64,000 bases of DNA from Staphylococcus phage vB_SurM-PSU4: the sequence record OL436245.1; one strand, written 5' to 3'. The position numbers and the translations under genes were made by a program. Below are positions 8,701 through 17,581 of this stretch, piece by piece. Numbering within the stretch: position 1 is the stretch's first letter; each line of letters opens with the position of its first letter. A model generated the notes under the pieces. That model was not told where the DNA came from and searched no databases. It worked only from the letters and a program-made list of their open reading frames with translations.

Positions 8701-8974
8701 ATTCTTCTATTAATTCTTTCATGACTTCTACTTCTTCAGATGTTTCTCTTGTTTTTCTTAGTATATATTCTGGTAGAGGGTCTTCTCTTCTCTGTATAAC
8801 TTTTTCGTGTATCTTATTACCTGTATAGTAAGCAAACACACCTACGCTCACGTAAACTAATACAGATAATGGTCGGATACTGAAAGTAAGAGCCATAATG
8901 TCAGCAAAGGATAAAAAGCATAATAACACTACCATTCCTAATATTAGTTTAAGAAAGAATTCATTCACTTTCAT
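8585..8974 (-). CDS. Small membrane protein (two TM helices, charged C-terminal tail)
   Basis: An AGGTGA RBS lies 10 nt upstream of ATG 8974. Two hydrophobic helices are followed by a highly charged C-terminus (holin-like topology, though the function is unknown). Confidence 0.5.
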   Translation of the reverse strand: MKVNEFFLKLILGMVVLLCFLSFADIMALTFSIRPLSVLVYVSVGVFAYYTGNKIHEKVIQRREDPLPEYILRKTRETSEEVEVMKELIEEYGISKEEIRMRAKVREESGRNLERKDKTDEEQVKEKSI

Positions 8975-9171
8975 ATTTCTTTTTCACCTAAATTCATTTT
9001 AATTTATGTGTGTCACACGTAAAAACTTTTAGTGATACTATTACTAATATAATAACACAATAGAAATAACACATACAATTTAGTTGTGCACTATTATATC
9101 GTTACTGTAATTAACTACTATGTTATATTATTACTAGGTATTTATACTAGACTAAGAATGGTGTGTTATGA

Positions 9172-9438
9172 ATGATATTAACAACCTCTATCTCTATAGT
9201 TATCATTCTCTTTTATCTTTATTGCCTTATCATTGTTACAAGGAATTTATCATCTTCTATATATTTCAAAAGAACAGATAATATTTTAAAATATGGGCTA
9301 ATTATTATAATAATATTTCTGTTCTATGTGTCCACTATAATATTAACTTTGCAAAATAATACTATAGCTTTACTATCTATCCTAACAATCTTACTTATAT
9401 CTCTTACTATTACTATTATAACATACTTTACGAGGTAA
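9172..9438 (+). CDS. Very hydrophobic small membrane protein
   Basis: 88-aa ORF that is almost entirely I/L/T/S-rich and is predicted to form 2-3 TM segments. Confidence 0.4.
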   Translation: MILTTSISIVIILFYLYCLIIVTRNLSSSIYFKRTDNILKYGLIIIIIFLFYVSTIILTLQNNTIALLSILTILLISLTITIITYFTR

Positions 9439-9469
9439 TACAAATTCAATTAATAGGGGGTTAGAACTA

Positions 9470-9793
9470 ATGACTAAATACAGAGATGTGTTGAAAGTAG
9501 AATTTAAAGATGCTATTAGGCACTTTCTCAGAAATCGTAATGTGTATCACATATACAGAATAAACCGTCTTATGTCTAATGGTACACTTATCAACTTCGA
9601 TTTTTATTTTTTACCTTCTCAAAACCCTGAGAGAGTAATACAAGAAATAGATTTAAAAGATTATGGTAAATTAACTTTTGAAATAGATGTTACTAATTCC
9701 TATGGAAAAATAATTAGTGATGATTACAATGATGTCATAAATAAATTTATAGAAAATTATGACGTAGAATCAAAACACCTTGGAAAGAATTAG
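9470..9793 (+). CDS. Hypothetical protein
   Basis: 107-aa ORF with an RBS-like GGGGG upstream. Confidence 0.45.
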   Translation: MTKYRDVLKVEFKDAIRHFLRNRNVYHIYRINRLMSNGTLINFDFYFLPSQNPERVIQEIDLKDYGKLTFEIDVTNSYGKIISDDYNDVINKFIENYDVESKHLGKN

Positions 9794-9805
9794 AGGTGTT
9801 ATATA

Positions 9806-10132
9806 GTGGAAAATTATGAAGACTTGTCACAAAAAGTAGAAACACTGAAAGAAAATATACAAGATAAAGGTTATATAGATAGTGCTACTTTTAAGGAGTT
9901 GGAAAATAGGGTTAATTTATTGAGTGATGCTGTAAAAGATTTGGATAAAGATATTGCTATTAAACAAGAAAAGCAAGCACAGATATATATTCAAATTGAT
10001 AGGTTAGATGAATTGATTAAAGAAATGAAAACCTCAACATCAACCAAAGAAGATAAAAAGAAAGACACTATCGAAAAAGTTTTACTTTTAATTATAGGTG
10101 GAATAATTTCTTTCGTGTTTAATAAATTATAA
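9806..10132 (+). CDS. Coiled-coil protein with C-terminal TM anchor
   Basis: 108-aa ORF with a heptad-rich acidic sequence and a C-terminal LLLIIGGIISFVF. Confidence 0.45.
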   Translation: MENYEDLSQKVETLKENIQDKGYIDSATFKELENRVNLLSDAVKDLDKDIAIKQEKQAQIYIQIDRLDELIKEMKTSTSTKEDKKKDTIEKVLLLIIGGIISFVFNKL

Positions 10133-10151
10133 TTGATAAGGAGAAAATGAA

Positions 10152-10355
10152 ATGATAGAGATAACTATGATTAGCGGAAAGATATATTATAAAAAAATGG
10201 AACAAAGTACAGAGAGAAGTAATGTAGGAGATATGCAAAAACTAATGTCAGGTAAGGGTAATGCTGTAGAAGCATACAGCACTGAAAGTTTTAACCAAGA
10301 AGATAAAGTATTTCTAAGTCCTTTTAATATTGAATCATTCCGTATTATCTTGTAA
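10152..10355 (+). CDS. Hypothetical small protein
   Basis: 67-aa ORF with an AGGAGA RBS. Confidence 0.4.
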   Translation: MIEITMISGKIYYKKMEQSTERSNVGDMQKLMSGKGNAVEAYSTESFNQEDKVFLSPFNIESFRIIL

Positions 10356-10373
10356 TATGTTAAGTAAGTAAGT

Positions 10374-10403
10374 AAGGGTAATTAAGTTTACCCTTATTTT
10401 TTT
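10374..10403 (+). terminator. Rho-independent terminator
   Basis: aagggtaa-ttaag-ttaccctt hairpin followed by a T-run. Confidence 0.6.
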
Positions 10404-10471
10404 ATATATTTTTACTTGCTAGAGAGAAAAAAGTATGATATAGTGTGAATATATAGAAAAATATAGTTAAT

Positions 10472-10500
10472 TTGATTTTACAAATTAGTAAAAGTATGAT
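10472..10500 (+). promoter_or_regulatory. Sigma-A-like promoter (TTGATT-17-TATGAT) reading into the ORF-less region
   Basis: The -35 element TTGATT is at 10472-10477 and the -10 element TATGAT at 10495-10500, with 17-nt spacing. A similar aaaagtatgatata element lies ~50 nt upstream. Confidence 0.45.
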
Positions 10501-11326
10501 ATACTATATTTAGTTAGAAATACATAACAATTAAATAAAGAGCTGATGAGTACACATAATGGTGAGATGTGTAGGAATAGCGACATTGAGGAAGTTAAAT
10601 CGGAGCTTCGAGCATCACCATGAAAATTCGATGGGTATATATGTAAATAAATAGTACAATGGTGCATATATTTCCAGATTTGGTGATGACTACCAATGTA
10701 CTAAAAAGGTCAGGGAGGTTTCTTGTTGTGCTTTGCACAGGGGAGCCTTGTTCCCATATACAGACTTCACGAGGGGCGGTAGCTATCCCCTCTTTAAACA
10801 TTATAACTAAAGGCTAAACGAAGTAGTATAGGTTGTTAGGACAAGAATTAACGTAAAACAAGGTTAGCACTAGACCGTAATCTATACATATTTTATACAC
10901 TATGATTATATCTTTCTAGTTACAATTCTGTTGTACCTAGGGGATAAGTCTACCCGTAATGCTACGCAAACCTAAACCAATAAAACACAAAACAAATAAC
11001 CTAAATAATTAATAACTTATTATTTACTGTAGACTTATCTAATAACTAAATAAATTAAATAATAAATATATAGACTTAAAAAAGAGAATAAGATATATAA
11101 CAAATTAGAGAGTATATAGAAAGTAACTAAATAATATATACAGTAAAATAAATAAATATACATAATATATAATTAAACTTAAAAGTATATAAATATATTA
11201 ATTTAAGTAAGTGATTGTAGTGAAGAATTAGAGCGAATCTTTATAACTTAATTATATACATATACATACATAAATATTTAGATATACTGGATAAATTAAT
11301 TTAGTATATATTTTTTTATATAAGTG

Positions 11327-11355
11327 TTGACATATTACGATTTATAAGATATAGT
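11327..11355 (+). promoter_or_regulatory. Strong sigma-A-like promoter (TTGACA-17-TATAGT)
   Basis: Consensus -35 element TTGACA at 11327-11332 and -10 element at 11350-11355, in an AT-rich tract. Confidence 0.5.
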
Positions 11356-11396
11356 TAAACTATACTAATTATTCAAGATATTAATTAAAAAAGTTA

Positions 11397-11425
11397 TTGA
11401 CAAACACTAATCAATATATTATAAT
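11397..11425 (+). promoter_or_regulatory. Strong sigma-A-like promoter (TTGACA-17-TATAAT) for the 11465 gene
   Basis: Perfect consensus -35 (11397-11402) and -10 (11420-11425) hexamers ~40 nt upstream of the RBS/ATG. Confidence 0.55.
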
Positions 11426-11464
11426 TAGATATATAAAATAAATTAAAGAAAAGGAAATGATAAT

Positions 11465-11674
11465 ATGAAAAAACAAGTAATGGTTTATAGTAAATTAGAA
11501 TGTCAAGAATGCGGAACTGATTTAAGTATTCCTAGAAAAAGAGCTAAGAAAAGAAGTGAAGGACACATTAAACATATGTATTGTCCTACATGCCAATCAA
11601 CAACAGGATTTGTAGAAACAAATAAAGATAAGTCATATGATTTTTGGGAACAATGGCAAGCACAATTTAACTAA
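11465..11674 (+). CDS. Small zinc-ribbon protein (CQEC...CPTC)
   Basis: 69-aa ORF with two CxxC pairs, driven by consensus early-type promoters. Confidence 0.5.
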   Translation: MKKQVMVYSKLECQECGTDLSIPRKRAKKRSEGHIKHMYCPTCQSTTGFVETNKDKSYDFWEQWQAQFN

Positions 11675-11688
11675 GGAGATGATAAAAG

Positions 11689-11991
11689 ATGAGTAACTAT
11701 ACAAGACATGGACAGAAAAGAATACGTAAAAGACAAGGTGTTAAAAAAAGTAATTTAGAAGATGAAATAGATAAAGTGTTAGATGAAGGGTTAAGTCATG
11801 GAGACTGTAAAGGAAAACTTAAGAAATACTTAGACAGATTATGGTTTAGTCATAAGAGTGGTTACTTCAGAGTATATAAATCTAACATTTATATATTTGA
11901 CTTTAATACAGATAGGTTAATTACAATGTATGCTCTTCCTGGACACTTAAATAAGATATATCAACAATGTTTAAAAAAGAAGTCAATTTGA
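11689..11991 (+). CDS. Hypothetical basic protein
   Basis: 100-aa ORF with an AGGAGA RBS, co-transcribed with 11465-11674. Confidence 0.45.
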   Translation: MSNYTRHGQKRIRKRQGVKKSNLEDEIDKVLDEGLSHGDCKGKLKKYLDRLWFSHKSGYFRVYKSNIYIFDFNTDRLITMYALPGHLNKIYQQCLKKKSI

Positions 11992-12139
11992 TTTTGTAGA
12001 AATGGACTTATGTGTTATAATGTACTTAAGTAGTTGATATACACTACTTAAACCACATACCCACCCTAAGTTCAGAGGGATTAAGTTCTCTCTGTTCATA
12101 CATAAATATTAGTGTATTGAAAGCACTTGTTATAATGAC

Positions 12140-12310
12140 TGAATAATGGTTTGGTATCCATAAGGTATAAGATAATCAAACGAACTAAAACTTATCGGAG
12201 ACATAATGCTCCACTAGTAGGTAACTTACTGGAAGGAGCTACAATTGTAATCGGTAGGATGAGTCGTCATTAGTATTGTTTAATACGATTGGTATACTTG
12301 GTACTTGATT
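12140..12310 (+). pseudogene. Decayed fragment of an endolysin SH3b cell-wall-binding domain
   Basis: The stretch 12205-12249 (aatgctccactagtaggtaacttactggaaggagctacaattgta) is ~80% identical to the lysin gene at ~15735-15780 (aatgctccagtaggaggtaacttaccagcaggggctacaattgta). The translation NAPLVGNLLEGATIV matches [15 protein letters not shown] and is followed by a stop. Weaker similarity extends upstream. Confidence 0.5.
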
Positions 12311-13424
12311 ATAAGGACTGTAGAGTATGATAACAGCTAGAGTTTAACTTCTTCTTAGGGTCTTAGCGGAATCCTATGAAGATACGCTATAACGACTTCT
12401 TGTAGTTGGAGCACAGAAATGTGTTTGATAATAGAGGTTATCAGTACAAGTAGCATAAATCTACATTTCAAAAGATATATTTGGTAAATATAAAAGTGAA
12501 ACCAAATAAATTATTTCTTCAACCATGTGAACGTTACTAACTATTATGTTAGTATCACATTATCCTTTTGGATTGCGTGAGATGGACTTAAGGTAGCTCC
12601 TTAATAGAGTCAATCGTAGTGATTCACTTAATAACAGGTCTTATAATCAGGTTCTCGGTGAGACGAGTTATAACAAGTGCTTTGATTACATTAGTAATCT
12701 AATAACAATAATTCCTTCGTTTTATTCCTTACATTTTTTATTGTTATATTAAGTCTTAGGTATATGAAAAGATATTGTAGTTATCAAAATTTAAATCATA
12801 TAAATCCTCCTTTCCCTTTGTTTTTTTGTATAGATTCATTCTACAGACAAATCGAAGTAATATACCTATAAACCCACTTTAAATAATTAGTATGGATGAA
12901 TAGTGGGCTCCATACTATACATAAACATTTTAACATATGACTGTTTTTTTAGACCTTACCCTGTTTTCCAGTATAAAACAATAACTAATGGTAAGGGTAT
13001 ATTTGAAATTTAGACTTTTCATTAAGTCTTTCCGTTCGTGAAAAATGATTGAGGGTTTTGAGAGTTCCCCTTGGCTAACAATAACTCTCTTTATATCCCT
13101 TAATTGTGTAAAACATGAGAGATACCATGTCATTAGGGAGTTTCGGCTGGTAACTTCTTCCAGTCCAGTATCTAAATAGCTTATGGTGAGCGTATACGTC
13201 AGAAAAGACGTTAAAAACTTAGGATGACATTGACTGAGTAGGAATAATATGTTACTCGATTTCCCCACACGAGTATAAATAAGCATTGGGGAGCATACAT
13301 AATAGTAATTGATATTGCCCCTGTTTCAATCTTTATCAATTCTTTTTTACATATATTAAAAGGATAAAATTATATGAATGTATAGGAAATTACATATAAC
13401 TTATCTGATGAGAGGGGATTTAAT

Positions 13425-13661
13425 ATGGATAAACAATTACCTAAGTTTAGTATATTTAAAGTAACTAAATATAAAAAAGTTTCTGATATTCAAGTAGATA
13501 ACTCGAAAGAAGAAGGAAATGTTTCTATATCAAAAGAAGAATATTACTTTAGCACTAAAGAATTAGCACAGAAATATATTAGTCAATATAAATATGTAAT
13601 TAATATTGATTGTAAATTAAAAGAAATAAAAGTGAATGAGGAAGTTATTTTAAATGGCTAG
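13425..13661 (+). CDS. Hypothetical protein
   Basis: 78-aa ORF with an AGAGGGG RBS. Confidence 0.45.
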   Translation: MDKQLPKFSIFKVTKYKKVSDIQVDNSKEEGNVSISKEEYYFSTKELAQKYISQYKYVINIDCKLKEIKVNEEVILNG

Positions 13662-13839
13662 TTATAAACAAACTAACTATGTAAATAGTTTAATTGTAAA
13701 AGGTTTAATGGAAGATAAAATTAAAGACAAACAAGACTTATTAGATAAGTTAGAAATCCTTGATGGGGTTAGTTTATCAGATTTTGATACAAAAGAGACT
13801 TCCGATATTATTAAAAAATTAAATACAATAGTAGAATAA
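13654..13839 (+). CDS. Hypothetical small protein
   Basis: 61-aa ORF whose start overlaps the upstream stop. Confidence 0.4.
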   Translation: MASYKQTNYVNSLIVKGLMEDKIKDKQDLLDKLEILDGVSLSDFDTKETSDIIKKLNTIVE

Positions 13840-13851
13840 AATTGCTATATT

Positions 13852-13890
13852 ATCCATTGAAGATTAAAAGTCTTTGATGGATTTTTTTAT
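13852..13890 (+). terminator. Rho-independent terminator upstream of lysis cassette
   Basis: 12-bp stem (atccattgaaga/tctttgatggat, 2 G-U pairs) followed by TTTTTTT. Confidence 0.5.
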
Positions 13891-13914
13891 ATAATATTAT
13901 AGGAGTGATAGATA

Positions 13915-14436
13915 GTGTCAAAAGATACTAACCAGAAAAAACCTAAAGTATTTTTAGGTCAAAACTTATCTACACGTGTACGTAGTCCTTATTTTTGGAC
14001 AGGTGTTGTAGGTATTTTAGGTAGTGCAGTTGTATCATTCGGTGGATTAATAGGTGTAGACTTATCAGCTCAAGTAGATAATGTCACAGCTAACTCAAGT
14101 AAAATTATTGAGTTTATTTTCTTAATCCTTGGATTGTTAGGTGTTTCAGTAGACCCTAATAGTAAAGGTAGAAAAGATAGTGAGATTGTGAGAACTAGTT
14201 ACAAAAAACCTAGAAATGATAAAGACCCTAACGAATTTGTTCAATGGCAAGAAAATGCAAAACAAACAAGTGCTTTTGAGATAGACGAATACGAAAACAA
14301 TGCAGAGCCTGATACAGATGATAGTGATGAAGTACTTGCTATCGAAGATGAGATTGATGGGGGCTCAGCACCTTCTCAAGAGGAAGAAGATACTGAGGAA
14401 CATGGTAAAGTATTTGCAGAGGATGAAGTTAAGTAA
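13915..14436 (+). CDS. Holin
   Basis: 173-aa protein with two predicted TM helices and a charged C-terminus. It starts at GTG with an AGGAGTG RBS and ends overlapping the endolysin start (ATGA). Confidence 0.7.
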   Translation: MSKDTNQKKPKVFLGQNLSTRVRSPYFWTGVVGILGSAVVSFGGLIGVDLSAQVDNVTANSSKIIEFIFLILGLLGVSVDPNSKGRKDSEIVRTSYKKPRNDKDPNEFVQWQENAKQTSAFEIDEYENNAEPDTDDSDEVLAIEDEIDGGSAPSQEEEDTEEHGKVFAEDEVK

Positions 14437-15923
14437 TGACTAAGACTCAAGCAGAAATAAATAAACGTTTAGATGCTTACGCAAAAGGAACAGTAGATAG
14501 CCCTTATAGAGTTAAGAAAGCAACAAGTTATGACCCTAGTTTTGGTGTTATGGAAGCAGGAGCTATTGATGTAGATAAATATTACCACGCTCAATGTCAA
14601 GACCTTATTACAGACTATGTATTATGGCTAACAGATAATAAAGTTAGAACTTGGGGTAATGCTAAAGACCAAATCAAACAAAGTTACGGTACTGGATTTA
14701 AAATACACCAAAATAAACCTTCTACAGTACCTAAAAAAGGTTGGATTGCAGTATTTACAGGTGGTAGTTATTCACAGTGGGGTCATATAGGTATTGTATA
14801 TGATGGAGGTAATACTTCAACATTTACTATTTTAGAGCAAAACTGGAACGGTTACGCTAATAAAAAACCTACAAAACGTGTAGATAATTATTACGGATTA
14901 ACTCATTTCATCGAAATACCTTTAAAAGCAGGAACTACTGTTAAAAAAGAAACAGCTAAGAAAAGTGCAAGTAAAACACCCGAACCTAAAAAGAAAGCAA
15001 CATTAAAAGTTTCTAAGAATCATATTAACTATACAATGGCTAAACGTGGTAAAAAACCTGAAGGCATGGTAATACACAACGATGCGGGTCGTTCTTCAGG
15101 ACAACAATATGAGAATTCATTAGCTAAAGCAGGTTATGCTAGGTATGCTAATGGTATTGCTCATTACTACGGTTCTGAAGGTTATATATGGGAAGCAATA
15201 GATGCTAAGAATCAAATTGCTTGGCACACAGGTGATGGAACAGGAGCAAACTCAGGTAACTTTAGATTTGCAGGTATTGAAGTCTGTCAATCAATGAGTG
15301 CTAGTGATGCTCAATTCCTTAAAAATGAACAAGCAGTATTCCAATTTACAGCAGAAAAATTTAAAGAGTGGGGTATTACGCCTAACCGTAAAAGTGTAAG
15401 ATTACACATGGAATTCGTTCCTACTGCGTGCCCTCACCGTTCAATGGTTCTTCATACAGGATTTAATCCAGTAACTCAAGGAAGACCATCACAAGCAATA
15501 ATGAATAAACTAAAAGATTATTTCATTAAACAAATTAAAAACTACATGGATAAAGGCACTTCAAGTTCTACTGTAGTTAAAAAAGGTAAAACAAGTAGTG
15601 CAAGTACACCAGCAACTAGACCAGTTGTAGGTTCTTGGAAAAAGAACCAGTACGGAACTTGGTATAAACCAGAAAATGCAACATTTGTTAATGGTAACCA
15701 ACCTATAGTAACTAGAATAGGTTCTCCATTCTTAAATGCTCCAGTAGGAGGTAACTTACCAGCAGGGGCTACAATTGTATATGACGAAGTTTGTATCCAA
15801 GCAGGTCATATTTGGATAGGTTATAATGCTTATAACGGTAACAGAGTATATTGCCCTGTTAGAACATGTCAAGGTGTTCCACCAAACCATATACCAGGAG
15901 TTGCCTGGGGTGTATTTAAATAG
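14436..15923 (+). CDS. Endolysin, LysK-like: N-terminal CHAP, central amidase_2 (N-acetylmuramoyl-L-alanine amidase) and C-terminal SH3b cell-wall-binding regions
   Basis: 495-aa ORF whose regions were assigned by eye: a CHAP-like segment ([12 protein letters not shown] ... SQWGHIGIV), an amidase_2-like segment (MVIHNDAG...[11 protein letters not shown]) and an SH3b-like C-terminus. The length and order match phage K LysK. No intron is evident. Confidence 0.9.
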   Translation: MTKTQAEINKRLDAYAKGTVDSPYRVKKATSYDPSFGVMEAGAIDVDKYYHAQCQDLITDYVLWLTDNKVRTWGNAKDQIKQSYGTGFKIHQNKPSTVPKKGWIAVFTGGSYSQWGHIGIVYDGGNTSTFTILEQNWNGYANKKPTKRVDNYYGLTHFIEIPLKAGTTVKKETAKKSASKTPEPKKKATLKVSKNHINYTMAKRGKKPEGMVIHNDAGRSSGQQYENSLAKAGYARYANGIAHYYGSEGYIWEAIDAKNQIAWHTGDGTGANSGNFRFAGIEVCQSMSASDAQFLKNEQAVFQFTAEKFKEWGITPNRKSVRLHMEFVPTACPHRSMVLHTGFNPVTQGRPSQAIMNKLKDYFIKQIKNYMDKGTSSSTVVKKGKTSSASTPATRPVVGSWKKNQYGTWYKPENATFVNGNQPIVTRIGSPFLNAPVGGNLPAGATIVYDEVCIQAGHIWIGYNAYNGNRVYCPVRTCQGVPPNHIPGVAWGVFK

Positions 15924-15933
15924 AAGTAAAGAA

Positions 15934-15966
15934 GAGAGACCTATTTACAGGTCTCTTTTTTTTTTA
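15934..15966 (+). terminator. Rho-independent terminator after endolysin
   Basis: agagacc-tatttac-aggtctct hairpin followed by T10. Confidence 0.7.
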
Positions 15967-16137
15967 TTTTTCTGTTATAATATTCTGAATAATTACATAC
16001 TGTAACTTTTGTAATCAAACCTTAATATTATTACACTATTTAGTGGTATATTATACCTTGTGAGAAAAGCATAAGTATGTTATGATTACTTATGTAATAA
16101 AAAATACATTAAAAAATATTAAGGAGTTTTAATAATT

Positions 16138-16881
16138 ATGAAGAAAACAATTTTTGCAACATTAGCATTAGGAGCAACGATTACATTTAGTGGGGTATCT
16201 AGTAATGAAGCTAGTGCTGACGAAATTGATTACAATAAATTAGCAGAACAAGCTAAAACAAATGCACCAGAAATTAATAATGAACCAATCCAAGAAGGAA
16301 ATTATGATTTCTCATTTAGTGATGGAGAATTTACTTACCATTTCTACAATTACAATGGTATCTTTGGGTATGAATATCACTATGGTTCAACACAAGTAAA
16401 TAATACAAGTTCACAATTAGCAGCACAAGAGCAATCTTATAATACACAATCATATAATGCACCTGAACAAAAAGTAGACCAACAACAAGCACAATTTGAT
16501 ACTCAAAATGAACAAGATACTAAAGACATAGTACAACCTAAGCAAGAAACTGTGCAACTGACATCAGTGTCGGCTCCAGTACAGAAAGAAACTAAACAAC
16601 CAACACAGTCTACAAGTAAATCAGGAGGTTCAATTGAAGCTCAAATATTAGCAGCAGGTGGAGACCAAGCGATGGTAGAAATTGCTAAACGAGAGTCTAC
16701 GCTAAATCCAAATGCTACAAATGCAAGCTCAGGAGCACAAGGATTGTTCCAAGGATTAGGAAAATCATGGGCTAATGGTTCGGTAGCTGAGCAGACTAAA
16801 GGTGCTAAACAATATATGATTGACCGTTATGGTTCAACAAGTGCAGCCCTTTCTTACCATGATGCTCATAACTATTATTAA
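16138..16881 (+). CDS. Secreted IsaA/SceD-like transglycosylase-domain protein (signal peptide plus C-terminal lytic-transglycosylase-like motif)
   Basis: The N-terminus MKKTIFATLALGATITFSGVSSNEASA is a signal peptide. The C-terminus SSGAQGLFQGLGKSWANGS resembles the staphylococcal IsaA transglycosylase-like domain. An AGGAG RBS is present. Confidence 0.6.
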   Translation: MKKTIFATLALGATITFSGVSSNEASADEIDYNKLAEQAKTNAPEINNEPIQEGNYDFSFSDGEFTYHFYNYNGIFGYEYHYGSTQVNNTSSQLAAQEQSYNTQSYNAPEQKVDQQQAQFDTQNEQDTKDIVQPKQETVQLTSVSAPVQKETKQPTQSTSKSGGSIEAQILAAGGDQAMVEIAKRESTLNPNATNASSGAQGLFQGLGKSWANGSVAEQTKGAKQYMIDRYGSTSAALSYHDAHNYY

Positions 16882-16885
16882 TATC

Positions 16886-16917
16886 TAAGACTAGGATAAT
16901 ATCCTAGTCTTTTTTCT
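16886..16917 (+). terminator. Rho-independent terminator
   Basis: aagactaggat-aat-atcctagtctt hairpin followed by a T-run. Confidence 0.65.
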
Positions 16918-16959
16918 GTATTATATTAGAAATATAATACATGAAAGGAGTATTGCTAT

Positions 16960-17394
16960 GTGAGAGACCACAACAAACGAGAAATTTACAATCTTGTCTA
17001 TTATTTATTAGATAATGGATATTTATGGCATATGCAATATGCAAATACTGTATTAATACCTAGTGAGGTACAAAAGATAATGAAAGAACGAGAAAAATTT
17101 AATAAAAGTATCTTAGAAAGGATTGACCAACTTTTGGGTAAAGAAGAGCCTAACCCTATAAAGTATATAGAAATATATACACAATCATGTATAGTTAATT
17201 TAAATAATGAACATTATACGAACGAACAACTTAATACTGTATTTAATCAATTAGAAGAAGGTAAAGATGTATACGTAGAAAGTGAATATAAAACAACATG
17301 TATTAAAAATTACACAGGATACCAAATAACATATATTAATGATTATGAAAAACATATGAGTAAACAAAATGAAAAAGATATTAACTTAGAATAA
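16960..17394 (+). CDS. Hypothetical protein
   Basis: 144-aa ORF with a GAAAGGAG RBS. Confidence 0.45.
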   Translation: MRDHNKREIYNLVYYLLDNGYLWHMQYANTVLIPSEVQKIMKEREKFNKSILERIDQLLGKEEPNPIKYIEIYTQSCIVNLNNEHYTNEQLNTVFNQLEEGKDVYVESEYKTTCIKNYTGYQITYINDYEKHMSKQNEKDINLE

Positions 17395-17397
17395 ATT

Positions 17398-17425
17398 GAC
17401 TACTATTAAAGTAGTCTTTTTTTAT
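17398..17425 (+). terminator. Rho-independent terminator
   Basis: gactactat-taaa-gtagtc hairpin followed by a T-run. Confidence 0.55.
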
Positions 17426-17581
17426 TTTGTAAAAAAAGGATTATATGCTATAATAAATGTATAGCAAATGTATAAGATAAATATACATAATAAAATCAAC
17501 AAGAAAGTTAATAATGTTATATTATGTAGAGAGTACACATATGTATTTGAAAAATATAACATAAGAGAGGTGTAAAACCTT

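Noticed and set aside
10543-10580. Hammerhead-ribozyme-like string CUGAUGAG followed by a 7-bp stem (tacacat/atgtgta) and GGAAU
   Set aside because: The conserved GAAA after stem II is GGAAU here, and no convincing stems I or III or cleavage-site triplet could be assembled, so it is most likely chance. I mention it only because it lies in a promoter-driven ORF-less region.
12930-13286. 118-aa minus-strand ORF inside the ORF-poor region
   Set aside because: It has no RBS, a random-looking composition and no motifs. The surrounding region looks non-coding or decayed.
10356-13424. Searched for tRNA genes (T-loop GGTTCGAnTCC-type motifs), CRISPR-like spacer-repeat arrays and group II intron hallmarks (5' GUGYG, domain V)
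   Set aside because: No convincing tRNA cloverleaf signatures, regularly spaced repeats or group II motifs were found by eye. Absence is not proven without tRNAscan or Infernal.
14436-15923. Expected a group I intron in the endolysin gene (as in phage K lysK)
   Set aside because: The 495-aa ORF is continuous and full-length with CHAP, amidase_2 and SH3b regions. No intron-like motifs are present.
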